A DNA stretch of 64,000 nucleotides from Bacteroidales bacterium (GTDB lineage: Bacteria > Bacteroidota > Bacteroidia > Bacteroidales > FEN-979), in the NCBI GenBank assembly GCA_030681475.1, contig JAUXWT010000071.1, positions 33,347 to 97,346 on the forward strand, written 5' to 3'. Every line of letters starts with the position of its first letter. The first letter of the stretch is position 1. Both the position numbers and the translations under genes were made by a program. This document shows, in pieces, positions 50,211 through 60,127 of the stretch. Under the pieces are notes generated by a model. That model was not told the DNA's origin. It was given only the letters and a program-made list of their open reading frames with translations, and did not search any database.

Positions 50211-52857
50211 ATATCCTTTTCTCGTTATTATCCTCTTTCTTCTGTTTTCATTACCGCTCAAATCACAGGATCTGCAGCAAAAGATCACCCTGACAATGAC
50301 TGACAGATCCATATCGGACATCCTTGAAGAGATCACCAGGATTTCTAAGATAGAATTTTCATATAATCCACAGGAACTACCGGTCGAAAAGCATATTACC
50401 GTGAATATAAAAAACAAACCCATCCTGGTTATTCTTGAAGAGGTGCTCACTCGCAATGGGATCGGTTACCAGGAGGTTGAGAACCACCTGGTGCTGAAAC
50501 AGCACAATAAGGAAACACCAGGGAAAAACAGTACCGGATCCGCAGTATCTTCCCGTTTTACACTCAGCGGCTATCTCAGGGACAAACGTACCGGTGAGGC
50601 GCTGATCGGCGCTAATGTTTATATAAAGGGCACAACCACTGGAGCCATGACAAACGGTTATGGCTTTTATTCCCTTACGTACAGCGGGGGAAAATTTCCG
50701 GTCGCATTCTCATACATGGGATACAAAGAGGTGTTGTTCGAGGTGAATTTGAATGAAAATACCCGTTTATCGGTTGAAATAGAGGAGGATAAACTGGAAA
50801 TGAGGGAAGTAGAGATCGTTGCCCACGATCCGGAATCACATATCGGTAATACCCAGATGAGTGAATTCAGGTTTTCGCAGAAAACACTGTCGCAACTGCC
50901 CGGATTCGGGGGCGACATCGACATCATCAGGGCTTTGCAAACGGTGCCCGGGATCCAGACATTCGGCGACGGGTCGGCCCTGTACTATGTTCGCGGCGGC
51001 AACAGCGATCAAAACCTGTTTCTGATTGACGAGGTGCCTGTTTATAATCCAGCTCATCTGTTTGGTTTCTTTTCGGCGTTTGCCCCGGATGCGATCAACA
51101 ATGTACAGGTCTATAAAGGTGATTTTCCGGCCAAATTTGGTGGGCGACTTTCCTCAGTTATTGATATCATGGCTCGTGAAGGCAACATGAAACGGTTCGG
51201 CTTTTCAGGGAACGTCGGCCCTTATGCTTCCAACATTACCCTGGAAGGGCCAATCGTTAAAGACCGGGCCTCTTTTTTCATCTCAGGACGCGTTTCAACG
51301 CTAAATTGGCTGAATAACCTGCGAAATTTCAACAAGAGTTTTGATTTCCGGTTTTTCGATATCAATGCCAAGTTGAATTACCGGCTGAACGATAATAACC
51401 GTTTTTTCTTCACACTTTATACCGGAAGAGATGTTTTAAGCCCGTATCGCTCGACGGAGGTTAATTCTCTGGGGATAAACTGGGATAACCTGGTGGGGAC
51501 ATTCCGCTGGAACCATCTTTTCAGCAACCGGATCTTCAGCAATTCCACCCTGAACTACAGCCGTTACAAGTACTCCATGAGTCTTCCACAGGAGCAGAAT
51601 GGTTACTGGAACTCATCAATCTCCAACGTCACGGTCAAAACTGACCTTTCGTGGTACCTGAATACACGAAACATCATCCGTTCAGGATTTGAGATTACGT
51701 ATCACCATTCCAATCCCGGGAATGTTACCCTTGAGAACGGTAATGATCCGCGGAAGGTGCCCTTGGTCGCCGAATACCATTCCATGGAATATGTAATTTA
51801 TGCATCGAATGACCAGCATTTCGGAAAACGGTTTTTGTTGCGGTATGGATTAAGGCTGCCGATTTGGCAGAATATCGGTCCAACGGAGGTTTACTACTTT
51901 GACCCACTGCATCAGGTGATCGACACCATCAAATACAGACCAGGAAATGCATATTACACGGCCTTCAGCCCTGAACCGCGGCTGACTGTGCAGTTTCGGG
52001 TCAATGAAAAATCCTCGGTGAAGGCAAGTTACAGCCGGACTACCCAGTTTCTTCAACTGCTGTCCAACTCAACAAGTCCTTTTACCTCCCTTGAGGTTTG
52101 GGCGCCATCAGGTCCAAATATAAAACCACAAACTGCCGACCAGGTTGCCTTGGGCTATTTCAACAATTTCACCCGGCCGAAAATCACCCTCTCCGCCGAA
52201 GGATATTATAAGTGGTTCCACGATCATCCAGATTACCGCGACCACGCCAACTTGCTGTTCAATACGCTGATTGAAGGGGAGTTGCGTTTTGGTAAAGCAT
52301 GGTCCTTTGGCATTGAACTCATGCTGCGAAAGACAACCGGACAAATTACCGGCTGGATAGGATATACCTGGTCGAAAGCAATGATCCGGACGCCTGATAT
52401 CAACGGTGGAAAAGTTTATCCTGCCAATTATGACCATCCGAATAATATTTGTATCAACCTTTGCTGGGATAATAAGAAGCATTGGATACTAACGGCCAAC
52501 TGGATCTATCTGACCGGTGGCGCTATCACAACACCTGTCGGATTTTTTTACCACAATGGAGTTTCCGTTCCCATTTACGGCGGTAAAAACAATGACCGAT
52601 TGCCCGATTATCACCGCCTTGATGTGTCGGCGACCTATGTGTTCAACAAGCCGGGAAACCGCTATCACCACAGCGTTGCTTTAACGCTATATAACGCCTA
52701 TGGCCGCTTTAACCCCTTTTCAATCAATTTTAATAAATTAATGGATAAGGATGACTTTGTCGTACCTGCAAACCTGGGCGGTTCGCATCTCCTGGTCCCG
52801 ACTTCGGTCTCTGTTTCAAGTATCATTCCTTCCATAAACTATAAATTCAGGTTCTGA
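50140..52857 (+). CDS. TonB-dependent receptor with N-terminal STN signalling domain and CarboxypepD_reg-like domain (FecA-type transducer)
   Basis: The STN domain is ISDILEEITRISKIEFSYNPQEL...ILVILEEVL...GIGYQ. A CarboxypepD_reg-like segment follows (LSGYLRDKRTGEALIGANVYIKGTTTGAMTNGYGFYSL), then a plug and barrel. The C-terminus ends in a terminal aromatic, ...INYKFRF. The true start is uncertain: the ATG at 50140 overlaps fecR, and the GTG at 50182 gives a cleaner signal peptide. Confidence 0.85.
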   Translation: MYSKPHLIYRSRIPVRESNSPAIKYPFLVIILFLLFSLPLKSQDLQQKITLTMTDRSISDILEEITRISKIEFSYNPQELPVEKHITVNIKNKPILVILEEVLTRNGIGYQEVENHLVLKQHNKETPGKNSTGSAVSSRFTLSGYLRDKRTGEALIGANVYIKGTTTGAMTNGYGFYSLTYSGGKFPVAFSYMGYKEVLFEVNLNENTRLSVEIEEDKLEMREVEIVAHDPESHIGNTQMSEFRFSQKTLSQLPGFGGDIDIIRALQTVPGIQTFGDGSALYYVRGGNSDQNLFLIDEVPVYNPAHLFGFFSAFAPDAINNVQVYKGDFPAKFGGRLSSVIDIMAREGNMKRFGFSGNVGPYASNITLEGPIVKDRASFFISGRVSTLNWLNNLRNFNKSFDFRFFDINAKLNYRLNDNNRFFFTLYTGRDVLSPYRSTEVNSLGINWDNLVGTFRWNHLFSNRIFSNSTLNYSRYKYSMSLPQEQNGYWNSSISNVTVKTDLSWYLNTRNIIRSGFEITYHHSNPGNVTLENGNDPRKVPLVAEYHSMEYVIYASNDQHFGKRFLLRYGLRLPIWQNIGPTEVYYFDPLHQVIDTIKYRPGNAYYTAFSPEPRLTVQFRVNEKSSVKASYSRTTQFLQLLSNSTSPFTSLEVWAPSGPNIKPQTADQVALGYFNNFTRPKITLSAEGYYKWFHDHPDYRDHANLLFNTLIEGELRFGKAWSFGIELMLRKTTGQITGWIGYTWSKAMIRTPDINGGKVYPANYDHPNNICINLCWDNKKHWILTANWIYLTGGAITTPVGFFYHNGVSVPIYGGKNNDRLPDYHRLDVSATYVFNKPGNRYHHSVALTLYNAYGRFNPFSINFNKLMDKDDFVVPANLGGSHLLVPTSVSVSSIIPSINYKFRF

Positions 52858-53678
52858 TGTACAGGATAACGACACTCATTTGCCTACTGTGGCTTCTGCA
52901 GGGATGCGTAAAGCAAACCTCATGGGAGCCCAAGGATGAATTAACCAGGATGCTCATTGTGGATGCCATCATCACGGATGAAGTAAAAGTACACCAGATA
53001 AAACTTACTTATCCTGTTTCCCAATTGAACCAGGCGCCCGAACCCGTCGCCGGTGCAGGAGTGTTGATAAGCAATGAAGACTCAACCTGGCAATTAATCG
53101 AATCACCTGTTCATTCGGGGATATACAATACTCCGCCATTCTTTTTCGCACGCCTTCCGAAAACATATACCCTTCTCATCTCGGTTGAAGGCAAGGTTTA
53201 TACAGCCAAGACCACAATGACCCCCGGCGCTGTTTTCGGAGAACTGCGCTATGCCAGGAACAAGGATAACAATTTATATTATGTTGATTGGGTGGCTAAT
53301 GCCTTCAGCGCAGAAAAAGCAGCCATGTGGGAGTTGCTGCTCGACTGGACGAAAGTACCCGGGTATGAACAACTTGACTCCCTGGAAAACCATGCCAGAT
53401 TGCTTTTTTACACTTTACCCACCCTCGACGTCAGCGAAGTTTTTGCCCCGATGATGGAATCGGTCTTCTTTCCATCAGGTACGATCATTACCGAACGCAG
53501 ATATTCCCTGATCCCGCAGCACGCTGAATTTATCCGTGAAATGCTGCTTGAAACAAACTGGACCGGCGGATTGTTCCCCGTGGCGCCAGCCAATGTGGGA
53601 ACGAACATGAGCAATGGCGCATTCGGGTACTTCGGGGCCTGCGCCGTCACTGAATTGTCGTTAACCGTAATCCCATAA
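52857..53678 (+). CDS. DUF4249-like lipoprotein (TonB-receptor partner)
   Basis: The lipobox is LWLLQGC. Its ATG shares 1 nt with the receptor stop (TGATG). The size (273 aa) and the position after a CarboxypepD_reg-type receptor fit DUF4249. Confidence 0.5.
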   Translation: MYRITTLICLLWLLQGCVKQTSWEPKDELTRMLIVDAIITDEVKVHQIKLTYPVSQLNQAPEPVAGAGVLISNEDSTWQLIESPVHSGIYNTPPFFFARLPKTYTLLISVEGKVYTAKTTMTPGAVFGELRYARNKDNNLYYVDWVANAFSAEKAAMWELLLDWTKVPGYEQLDSLENHARLLFYTLPTLDVSEVFAPMMESVFFPSGTIITERRYSLIPQHAEFIREMLLETNWTGGLFPVAPANVGTNMSNGAFGYFGACAVTELSLTVIP

Positions 53679-53719
53679 TCCTATTGTGTATTCTTTTGTG
53701 CCCTACTGTGCCTATTGTG
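53679..53719. repeat. ~10-nt tandem array (CCTATTGTG-like units) after the DUF4249 stop
   Basis: The units read tcctattgtg tattcttttgtg ccctactgtg cctattgtg. Confidence 0.5.
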
Positions 53720-53764
53720 GTAAAAATAGCTGATATCATCGAATATTTTTAATTCCGACATAGG

Positions 53765-53794
53765 GGTAATCGCACACCCGGGTGTATTATTACC
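53765..53794 (+). terminator. hairpin containing the perfect palindrome ACACCCGGGTGT
   Basis: GGTAAT (53765-53770) pairs with ATTACC (53789-53794). The inner palindrome spans 53774-53785. The hairpin lies between the DUF4249 stop and the next ATG. Confidence 0.35.
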
Positions 53795-53833
53795 AAGAAA
53801 CGTAAATTATCAAATATTTTAACACTTTAACTT

Positions 53834-54766
53834 ATGAAAACGAAAAACCTGTTCCGCCTCACATTCCTGGTCCTTGCCATTTTCGGGCTTTCATTGACCG
53901 GCTGTCAAAAAGAGAAAAATGTAAATCCTCCGGCTGATTCTTCCTCGCTTCAGCAACTCTCAAATGATGAAGAATCTGTTGAGTCTGCCCTTAACGAGTC
54001 GATGAATGACGTTAACAACCTTCTTTCAAACGGAAACCTGAAATCAACCCAGATGCTTCCATGCAATGCAACAATTGATTCGACCGTTGTTGTAAACGAC
54101 ACATTAACAATTTACATAACTTATAATGGTTTGAACTGCAGCGGTACCCGCTACCGTACAGGCAAAGTTGAAATCAAAAAGCATGTCGGCACTCACTGGT
54201 ACCAACAAGGCGCCACTGTTAAGGTCAGGCATATCAACTTCACGATCACGAAAGTTTCTAACCAGAAATCAATTACCCTCAACAGTGTCCATGTCCATAA
54301 AAATGTTAGCGGCGGTGTGATATGGCAGCTCGGAAACGGGATGAACGCAATCGTTCACAGAACATGGGGTCATGCCAATGTGACTTTCGATGACGGCACA
54401 ACCAAGATCTGGAACGTGGCAAGACAGAAGACATTCACCGGAACGCCTCCCGCAAACCTGGTACTTACCATCGACGGATTTGGAACAGTCGGTGATTATG
54501 CTAATCTACTGGTCTGGGGACTCAACCGCCAGGGGGAACATTTCTACACCCAGATCAACCAACCGGTGGTCCATCGCCAGGTTTGCGACTGGGACCCGGT
54601 TTCCGGAATAAAGAAACACGCCATCCCTTCTGATTCAAAAAGCGCCACCCTCACCTTTGGCTACAACAGCAATAACCAGCCGATCACCGGCAACGAATGC
54701 CCGACCAAGTTCAGGGTTGACTGGCAGAAGCAGAACAATTCGGGAACAGTGTACCTCTGGTTATAA
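53834..54766 (+). CDS. hypothetical lipoprotein
   Basis: A signal peptide and lipobox are present (FGLSLTGCQKE). I recognise no family. It is the last gene of the sigma/FecR/receptor block. Confidence 0.5.
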   Translation: MKTKNLFRLTFLVLAIFGLSLTGCQKEKNVNPPADSSSLQQLSNDEESVESALNESMNDVNNLLSNGNLKSTQMLPCNATIDSTVVVNDTLTIYITYNGLNCSGTRYRTGKVEIKKHVGTHWYQQGATVKVRHINFTITKVSNQKSITLNSVHVHKNVSGGVIWQLGNGMNAIVHRTWGHANVTFDDGTTKIWNVARQKTFTGTPPANLVLTIDGFGTVGDYANLLVWGLNRQGEHFYTQINQPVVHRQVCDWDPVSGIKKHAIPSDSKSATLTFGYNSNNQPITGNECPTKFRVDWQKQNNSGTVYLWL

Positions 54767-54811
54767 TCTAATCCCTGGCCTTTGGGGCAGGCAAAACCCC
54801 AGCACTGAATT

Positions 54812-54942
54812 GAGGGTGTCTTAAAAGGTAACTTTTTAATATTAACCGCTGAGACGCGGAGACGCAGATGATTCACAATCAATACTTTATTTCTCTGCGC
54901 CTTTGCGTCTCTGCGGTAAGAAACGACTTTTTAAACACCCTC
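54812..54942. repeat. 131-bp imperfect palindrome (nested inverted repeats) between convergent genes; probable bidirectional terminator or repeat element
   Basis: The outer arms are GAGGGTGTCTTAAAAG (54812-54827) and CTTTTTAAACACCCTC (54927-54942). The inner arms are ACCGCTGAGACGCGGAGACGCAGA (54845-54868) and TCTCTGCGCCTTTGCGTCTCTGCGGT (54892-54917). Confidence 0.7.
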
Positions 54943-54945
54943 GGT

Positions 54946-56091
54946 TTAGTCAAAGCACCCGATATACCTCGAAATCACCATCCTTTGGATCTCTGAGGTT
55001 CCTTCGCCGATTTGCAGGAGGCGCTGGTCACGGTAAAAGCGTTCAACATCATAGTCTTTCATGAGCCCGTAGCCACCATGAAGCTGAACGGCTTCGTCGG
55101 CTACCTCACGGGCAATTTCAGAGCAGTAAAGCTTAGCCATGGCCGACTCCTTGGCATAAGGCTGATCATTTGTTTTAAGCCAGGCGCCTTTGTATAAAAG
55201 ATTTCGCGCCAGTTCTATTTTTGTAGCCATGTCGGCCAGTTTAAACGCATTGACCTGGAATTCTGCAATGGGTTTTCCAAATTGCTTTCGTGTTTTGGCA
55301 TAGCCCAACGCCAATTCAAAGGCTCCCTGTGCCAGTCCCAGGCCAATTGCCGCGATGGCCAGGCGGCCGCTGTCGAGCGTCCGGAGCATAATCTTCGACC
55401 CTGCGCCGCGTTTGCCAAGAAGGTTCGAGGCCGGCACCCTGCATTCATCAAAAAACAATTGTGCCGTGTCGGAGGCACGCCACATCATTTTGCCATGCAT
55501 GGGCACGCGCTTAAAGCCTGGTGTGTCGGCGTCAACGAGAATTGTTGAGAATTCTTTTTGTCCACCCGACTCGCCCGAAACCACCTGTACAGTCGCCCCC
55601 TTGTTAATGGACGATGCCCCGTTCGTGATAAAAATCTTGGCCCCATTGATGATCCAGTGATCATCTTCAAGCCTTGCAGAAGTCTTGGTCGCTCGTGAAT
55701 CGCTACCGGCATCCGGTTCAGTGAGGCCAAAAGCCCATAGTGCGTCGCCAGTTGAAAGCATGGGGAGGTATTTATTCTTTTGCTCATCGGTTCCATAATT
55801 CATGATGGGGCTGATACCCAGAGAAATATGGGCAGCCAGCGTGGCAGCCTGAGAACTGTCAATTCGTGCCAGTTCTTCCACGGCAATGACATATGCAAGG
55901 GTGTCCATACCAATTCCCCCGTATTCCTGCGGGGTACGCAGTCCGAACAACCCTAACTCACCCATCCTTTTTGTAAGGGGGATAGAAAATTCAGCTTTTT
56001 CATCGAGTTCCTGTGCGACCGGCTTGATTTCACGTTCGGCAAAATCACGCACGGTTTTACGTATCATGTTGTGTTCTTCCGTCAAGTACAT
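54946..56091 (-). CDS. acyl-CoA dehydrogenase (isovaleryl-CoA dehydrogenase role inferred from context)
   Basis: It has the ACAD fold: GLTEPDAGSD, WIINGAKIFITNG, and a C-terminal IGEGTSEIQ carrying a Glu at the SCAD/MCAD-type catalytic-base position. It is the last gene of the liu-like operon. Confidence 0.8.
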   Translation of the reverse strand: MYLTEEHNMIRKTVRDFAEREIKPVAQELDEKAEFSIPLTKRMGELGLFGLRTPQEYGGIGMDTLAYVIAVEELARIDSSQAATLAAHISLGISPIMNYGTDEQKNKYLPMLSTGDALWAFGLTEPDAGSDSRATKTSARLEDDHWIINGAKIFITNGASSINKGATVQVVSGESGGQKEFSTILVDADTPGFKRVPMHGKMMWRASDTAQLFFDECRVPASNLLGKRGAGSKIMLRTLDSGRLAIAAIGLGLAQGAFELALGYAKTRKQFGKPIAEFQVNAFKLADMATKIELARNLLYKGAWLKTNDQPYAKESAMAKLYCSEIAREVADEAVQLHGGYGLMKDYDVERFYRDQRLLQIGEGTSEIQRMVISRYIGCFD

Positions 56092-56111
56092 CGTATTATT
56101 ATTTGGGGTTG

Positions 56112-56160
56112 ATATTTAAATTCGAAATTCGACATTTAATATTCGATATTCGTTATCCCT
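56112..56160. repeat. 7-nt tandem array (ATTCGNN units) in the HMGL/ACAD junction
   Basis: The units read atattta aattcga aattcga catttaa tattcga tattcgt tatccct. The array overlaps the stop codon at 56153-56155. Confidence 0.7.
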
Positions 56161-57004
56161 GGTAAATTTCCCTGGCCACCTGATAAGCCACTTTCAAGGT
56201 ATCCTGGTTGATTGCCAACGGGAACTTGTTTCGCAGTGCGAATTCAACCAGGTTCTCAGTTTTCAGGTTGCCAAGCATCTCTTTTCCCGACATCGGGCAG
56301 CCGCCCCAGCCGTTGATCACGCCGTCGAAACGCCTGCATCCGGCCAGGTAGGCAGCTTCCACCTTCTCGTACCATCCGTGGTTCGCAGTATGGAGGTGTA
56401 AACCGAATTCCACCTCCGGGAACATCGGGATCAAGGTGGTATATACCTTGGAAATCAATGCCGGATCAATCTCCATGGATACATTCGACAACGGGATGAT
56501 CCTGGCGCCAGCCCGGTGGAGTTTACCTATCCATTCCACAAGAGTTTCAAAACTCCAGTGGTCACCGTATGGGTTCCCGAAGGCCATTGACAAGTAAACA
56601 ACAGCCTTTTTACCATGTTCACGACACAAACCGGTCAGCATTTCTACCGTATCCAGTGATTGTTCCACTGTAGATTTGACATTAAGCTTCAGGAATGTGG
56701 GTGAAAATGAGAAAGGGAAGGAGATGTGTGTAATTTCGTCCACATCAGCCAGTATTTCAACCCCGCGGGGATGTACAGCCAGGAACATCCGGTTTGTCGT
56801 AGTACCTGTCAGATCAAGTAATTTCAATACTTCCAGTGAATCAGCCATCTGCGGAATGATACGGCGGGAAACAAAGCTTCCGATCTCAACCGTATCAAAC
56901 CCGACCCCGAGGAGATGGTTGATATAGCGAACCTTCTCCCCGGTGGGAATAATCTGTGAAAACCCCTGCATCCCTTCGCGTGGTGATTCAATGATCTTTA
57001 TCAT
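56153..57004 (-). CDS. HMG-CoA-lyase-like (DRE_TIM_HMGL) protein, paralogue 2
   Basis: IIESPREGMQG is a variant of the G-P-R-D-G-L-Q motif. GFDTVEIGSFVS and a TIM-barrel pattern are present. It overlaps the upstream paralogue by 4 nt. Confidence 0.65.
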   Translation of the reverse strand: MIKIIESPREGMQGFSQIIPTGEKVRYINHLLGVGFDTVEIGSFVSRRIIPQMADSLEVLKLLDLTGTTTNRMFLAVHPRGVEILADVDEITHISFPFSFSPTFLKLNVKSTVEQSLDTVEMLTGLCREHGKKAVVYLSMAFGNPYGDHWSFETLVEWIGKLHRAGARIIPLSNVSMEIDPALISKVYTTLIPMFPEVEFGLHLHTANHGWYEKVEAAYLAGCRRFDGVINGWGGCPMSGKEMLGNLKTENLVEFALRNKFPLAINQDTLKVAYQVAREIYQG

Positions 57005-58011
57005 CCTTTTCCAGTCAGTGATTTAGGAATCCTTCCGTTCCTGATCGATTCTGAACGGAGGCGCCTTCCAACGATCCGTTCCACCATCAATCCGATCTCG
57101 AGCACTTTATCTACATCCAGTTGGGTGTCAATACCCATTTCATCCATCATCACTACCATATCTTCGGTAGAGACCAGTCCGACCAGGTTAGGATCTTTGT
57201 AATAGTAACTTCCGGTCCCGGCTACAGGCACGCCACTGACAAAATTGGCAGGTTGACCGCCAATGCCGCCCATGGTTGATTCATAGTTGATCATTCCGGC
57301 TTGTAGCGCAGCCAGAACATTTGCAAGTCCCCATCCGCGGGTAGTATGAAAATGAACGATCTGCTTTTCAACTTTTACGCCGGAATCAAGCAGCATCGAA
57401 TAATACCGGTAAACCCTGTCGGGAGAGGCCGAACCGTCGTGATCGGCATGCTCCACATCTTTTACGCCGATGTCGAGCCACCGTTTGGTGAATTCGATCG
57501 CCTTCTCCATCTTTGTCGGCCCTTCGATCGGGCAACCCCAGATGGTACTTACAGTTCCGTTTACATTCATACCGGCATCAAGGGCCATCGGAATGTATTT
57601 TTCTGCCATCTTCCAATAATCCTCAAGGCTTAGACCCGAATTCTTACGGTGGTGCGTTTCGCTGGTGGATACCATCAAAAGGATACGGTCGGGGCCCCAA
57701 CCCTCTTTCCTGGCCTGGATAGCACGTTCGATCGCCTTTTCACGGATGGTGATGGCTGTAAGGGAAATCTTTTCTGGTGCGGAGGCTACCACCTTGCTGG
57801 CGCGGAGGCGCTTCAGTACATCCACAGCATCTTTGAACTGGGGCATCCCGGAGGGATTTCCCAGGTTGGTTACCTCAATGTGCCTGAATCCGGCAAGAAT
57901 TAATTGTTCAGCAAGCCACACTTTAGCATCTGTTGGGATAAAAATCTCTTCGTGCTGGAATCCATCTCTTACGGTGATGTCGCCGATTGTTACTTTTTTT
58001 GGATAATTCAT
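57001..58011 (-). CDS. HMG-CoA-lyase-like (pyruvate carboxyltransferase/HMGL family) protein, paralogue 1
   Basis: GDITVRDGFQHE is a variant of the RDG(L/F)Q motif. FRHIEVTN and HFHTTRGWGLANVLAALQAG (HxH metal site) are present. The protein is 336 aa. Confidence 0.65.
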   Translation of the reverse strand: MNYPKKVTIGDITVRDGFQHEEIFIPTDAKVWLAEQLILAGFRHIEVTNLGNPSGMPQFKDAVDVLKRLRASKVVASAPEKISLTAITIREKAIERAIQARKEGWGPDRILLMVSTSETHHRKNSGLSLEDYWKMAEKYIPMALDAGMNVNGTVSTIWGCPIEGPTKMEKAIEFTKRWLDIGVKDVEHADHDGSASPDRVYRYYSMLLDSGVKVEKQIVHFHTTRGWGLANVLAALQAGMINYESTMGGIGGQPANFVSGVPVAGTGSYYYKDPNLVGLVSTEDMVVMMDEMGIDTQLDVDKVLEIGLMVERIVGRRLRSESIRNGRIPKSLTGKG

Positions 58012-58113
58012 AGTCTATTCGTTATCAATTTAAATGCAAAAGTCAAAATTAATGGTTTTATCATACCCGTCATACAAACACCTTCATCCTCAAATTTTAA
58101 AATCCCCAAATTT

Positions 58114-60126
58114 TCAAATCTCTGTTTCTTCAAATTCCACAAGCGCCGTAACAGTCTCCACCCGTTCGTTTACCGATACGTTCACGGATTTCACAACGGC
58201 ATCACGGGGGGATACGATCAGGTTTTCCATTTTCATGGCTTCGATGATCAGGAGCGGGTCTCCTTTTTTTACGCTTTCGCCACCCTTGACCTGTATCCTG
58301 ATCACCTTTCCGGGCATGGGAGAGGTAACGTGGTTGCTGTCATGCCCATGCATGTCAAATCCGGATGAAAATACCGATTCGGCGAGAATATCATGACGTT
58401 TCAATCTGAAAATATGACCATGACAGCTTACATAAGCTTGATTTTCAGAATCTTCAGATACCCAGACTATGTAGTTGTGGTGATCGACCGTAAAATCGAT
58501 GCGGTTTGGTGAATAGGCAATGGGAGATGAATGAAACGCTTTTCCCCTGATTTCAAATAAAAAATTATTTTCAGCATACCCAGGAACCTTCACAGTGACC
58601 TCCATCTCTTCGAATTGAAGTCTGATATTCATTAAGTTACGCCAATATCCGACAGTCTCCCAGAGATTGGGTTTTTCGAACCAACCCGGAATTGTTTTGA
58701 GGTTGCGTTTCAGGGTGAACATCAGGTAGCCAATCATGGGGACATGATCCGGGATTTCGTTTTTATCATTAATGATTTCCTTGGTAAGCGCTGCAGTGTG
58801 TTCATCACAGAATTTCGTGGTAATGGTGTTGGAAATAAATGCTTCACTCTGCAGTAACTTGACCAGGTAGGTGATGTTTGTCCTGATGCCGTGGATGATA
58901 TAGTCTTCTAACGCCAACAGCATGATCTGGCTGGCTTCATGCCGGTCTTTTCCCCAAACGATGAGCTTGCATATCATCGGGTCGAAAGAGCTTTTAATTT
59001 CCGTGTTGGCTGTAATACCGGTGTCTATCCGGATTCCCGGGATTTCGGGTTCTTTGTAGAAGGTCATCCTGCCTGGTGATGGCTGGAAATTATTGGCAGG
59101 GTCTTCAGCATAGATCCGGCATTCGATGGCATGACCGTGTTGATGAATATCCTTTTGTTGTAACCTGAGCTTATTCCCGGCTGCCACGTGGATCTGTTCC
59201 TCAACCAGGTCGATTCCGGTAACCATTTCAGTTACAGGATGTTCAACCTGGATTCGGGTGTTCATCTCAAGGAAATAATAATTTAAATCTTTATCAACCA
59301 GGAATTCGATGGTGCCCGCGTTGTTGTATCCGATGGCCTTCCCGATGGCAACGGCTGCCGCACCCATTTTTTCACGTATTTCCGGGGTGAGGGTCGGGGA
59401 GGGAGATTCTTCGATAATTTTCTGGTATCGCCGCTGGATGGAACATTCACGCTCATAAAGGTGTATTACATTCCCAAAATTGTCACCCAGTATCTGAATC
59501 TCGATATGACGAGGTTCTTCAACGAATTTTTCGATATATACAGTCTCGTCACCGAAATAGGCCAGCGCCTGGCGGCTGGTTGCCTCAATAGCTTCCGCAA
59601 GTTCGCTTTCCTTGTAAACGATACGCATCCCCTTGCCGCCACCTCCTGCTGCGGCTTTTAGCAATACCGGAAACCCGATCTTGTGCGCTGTCTTTTCAAG
59701 TTCCTGCTTTGTCCCGGTTACGCCATCGGTCATCGGGATTTTAATCTTTTTAACGAAGGCACGTGCCTCGATCTTGTTCCCCATGATCTTCATAGCTTCG
59801 GGATGTGGGCCGATAAAGATGATCCCGGCTTCAACACACGCTTCTACGAATAAAGGATTTTCTGCCAGGAAACCATATCCGGGGTGGATGGCATCACAGC
59901 CTGTCTGTAAGGCCACATCAATGATCTTCGGAATGTTCAGATAGGTGTCGCTGAGTTCAACCTCTCCGATGCACCAGGATTCATCGGCCATGGTAACATG
60001 TAATGAGTCGGCATCAACTTGCGAATATATTGCCACAACCTTGATCCCTAATTTTTTCGCGGAGCGGATTACCCGTACGGCGATTTCGCCCCGGTTCGCG
60101 ATGAGTATTTTGTGAATAACGTTCAT
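58114..60126 (-). CDS. biotin-dependent acyl-CoA carboxylase alpha subunit (biotin carboxylase + BCCP; methylcrotonyl-CoA carboxylase by context)
   Basis: KILIANRGEIAVR and the ATP-grasp motif GGGGKGMR are present, along with EMNTRIQVEHPVTE. The C-terminal biotinyl-Lys motif is IIEAMKMEN. Confidence 0.9.
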   Translation of the reverse strand: MNVIHKILIANRGEIAVRVIRSAKKLGIKVVAIYSQVDADSLHVTMADESWCIGEVELSDTYLNIPKIIDVALQTGCDAIHPGYGFLAENPLFVEACVEAGIIFIGPHPEAMKIMGNKIEARAFVKKIKIPMTDGVTGTKQELEKTAHKIGFPVLLKAAAGGGGKGMRIVYKESELAEAIEATSRQALAYFGDETVYIEKFVEEPRHIEIQILGDNFGNVIHLYERECSIQRRYQKIIEESPSPTLTPEIREKMGAAAVAIGKAIGYNNAGTIEFLVDKDLNYYFLEMNTRIQVEHPVTEMVTGIDLVEEQIHVAAGNKLRLQQKDIHQHGHAIECRIYAEDPANNFQPSPGRMTFYKEPEIPGIRIDTGITANTEIKSSFDPMICKLIVWGKDRHEASQIMLLALEDYIIHGIRTNITYLVKLLQSEAFISNTITTKFCDEHTAALTKEIINDKNEIPDHVPMIGYLMFTLKRNLKTIPGWFEKPNLWETVGYWRNLMNIRLQFEEMEVTVKVPGYAENNFLFEIRGKAFHSSPIAYSPNRIDFTVDHHNYIVWVSEDSENQAYVSCHGHIFRLKRHDILAESVFSSGFDMHGHDSNHVTSPMPGKVIRIQVKGGESVKKGDPLLIIEAMKMENLIVSPRDAVVKSVNVSVNERVETVTALVEFEETEI

Positions 60127-60127
60127 A

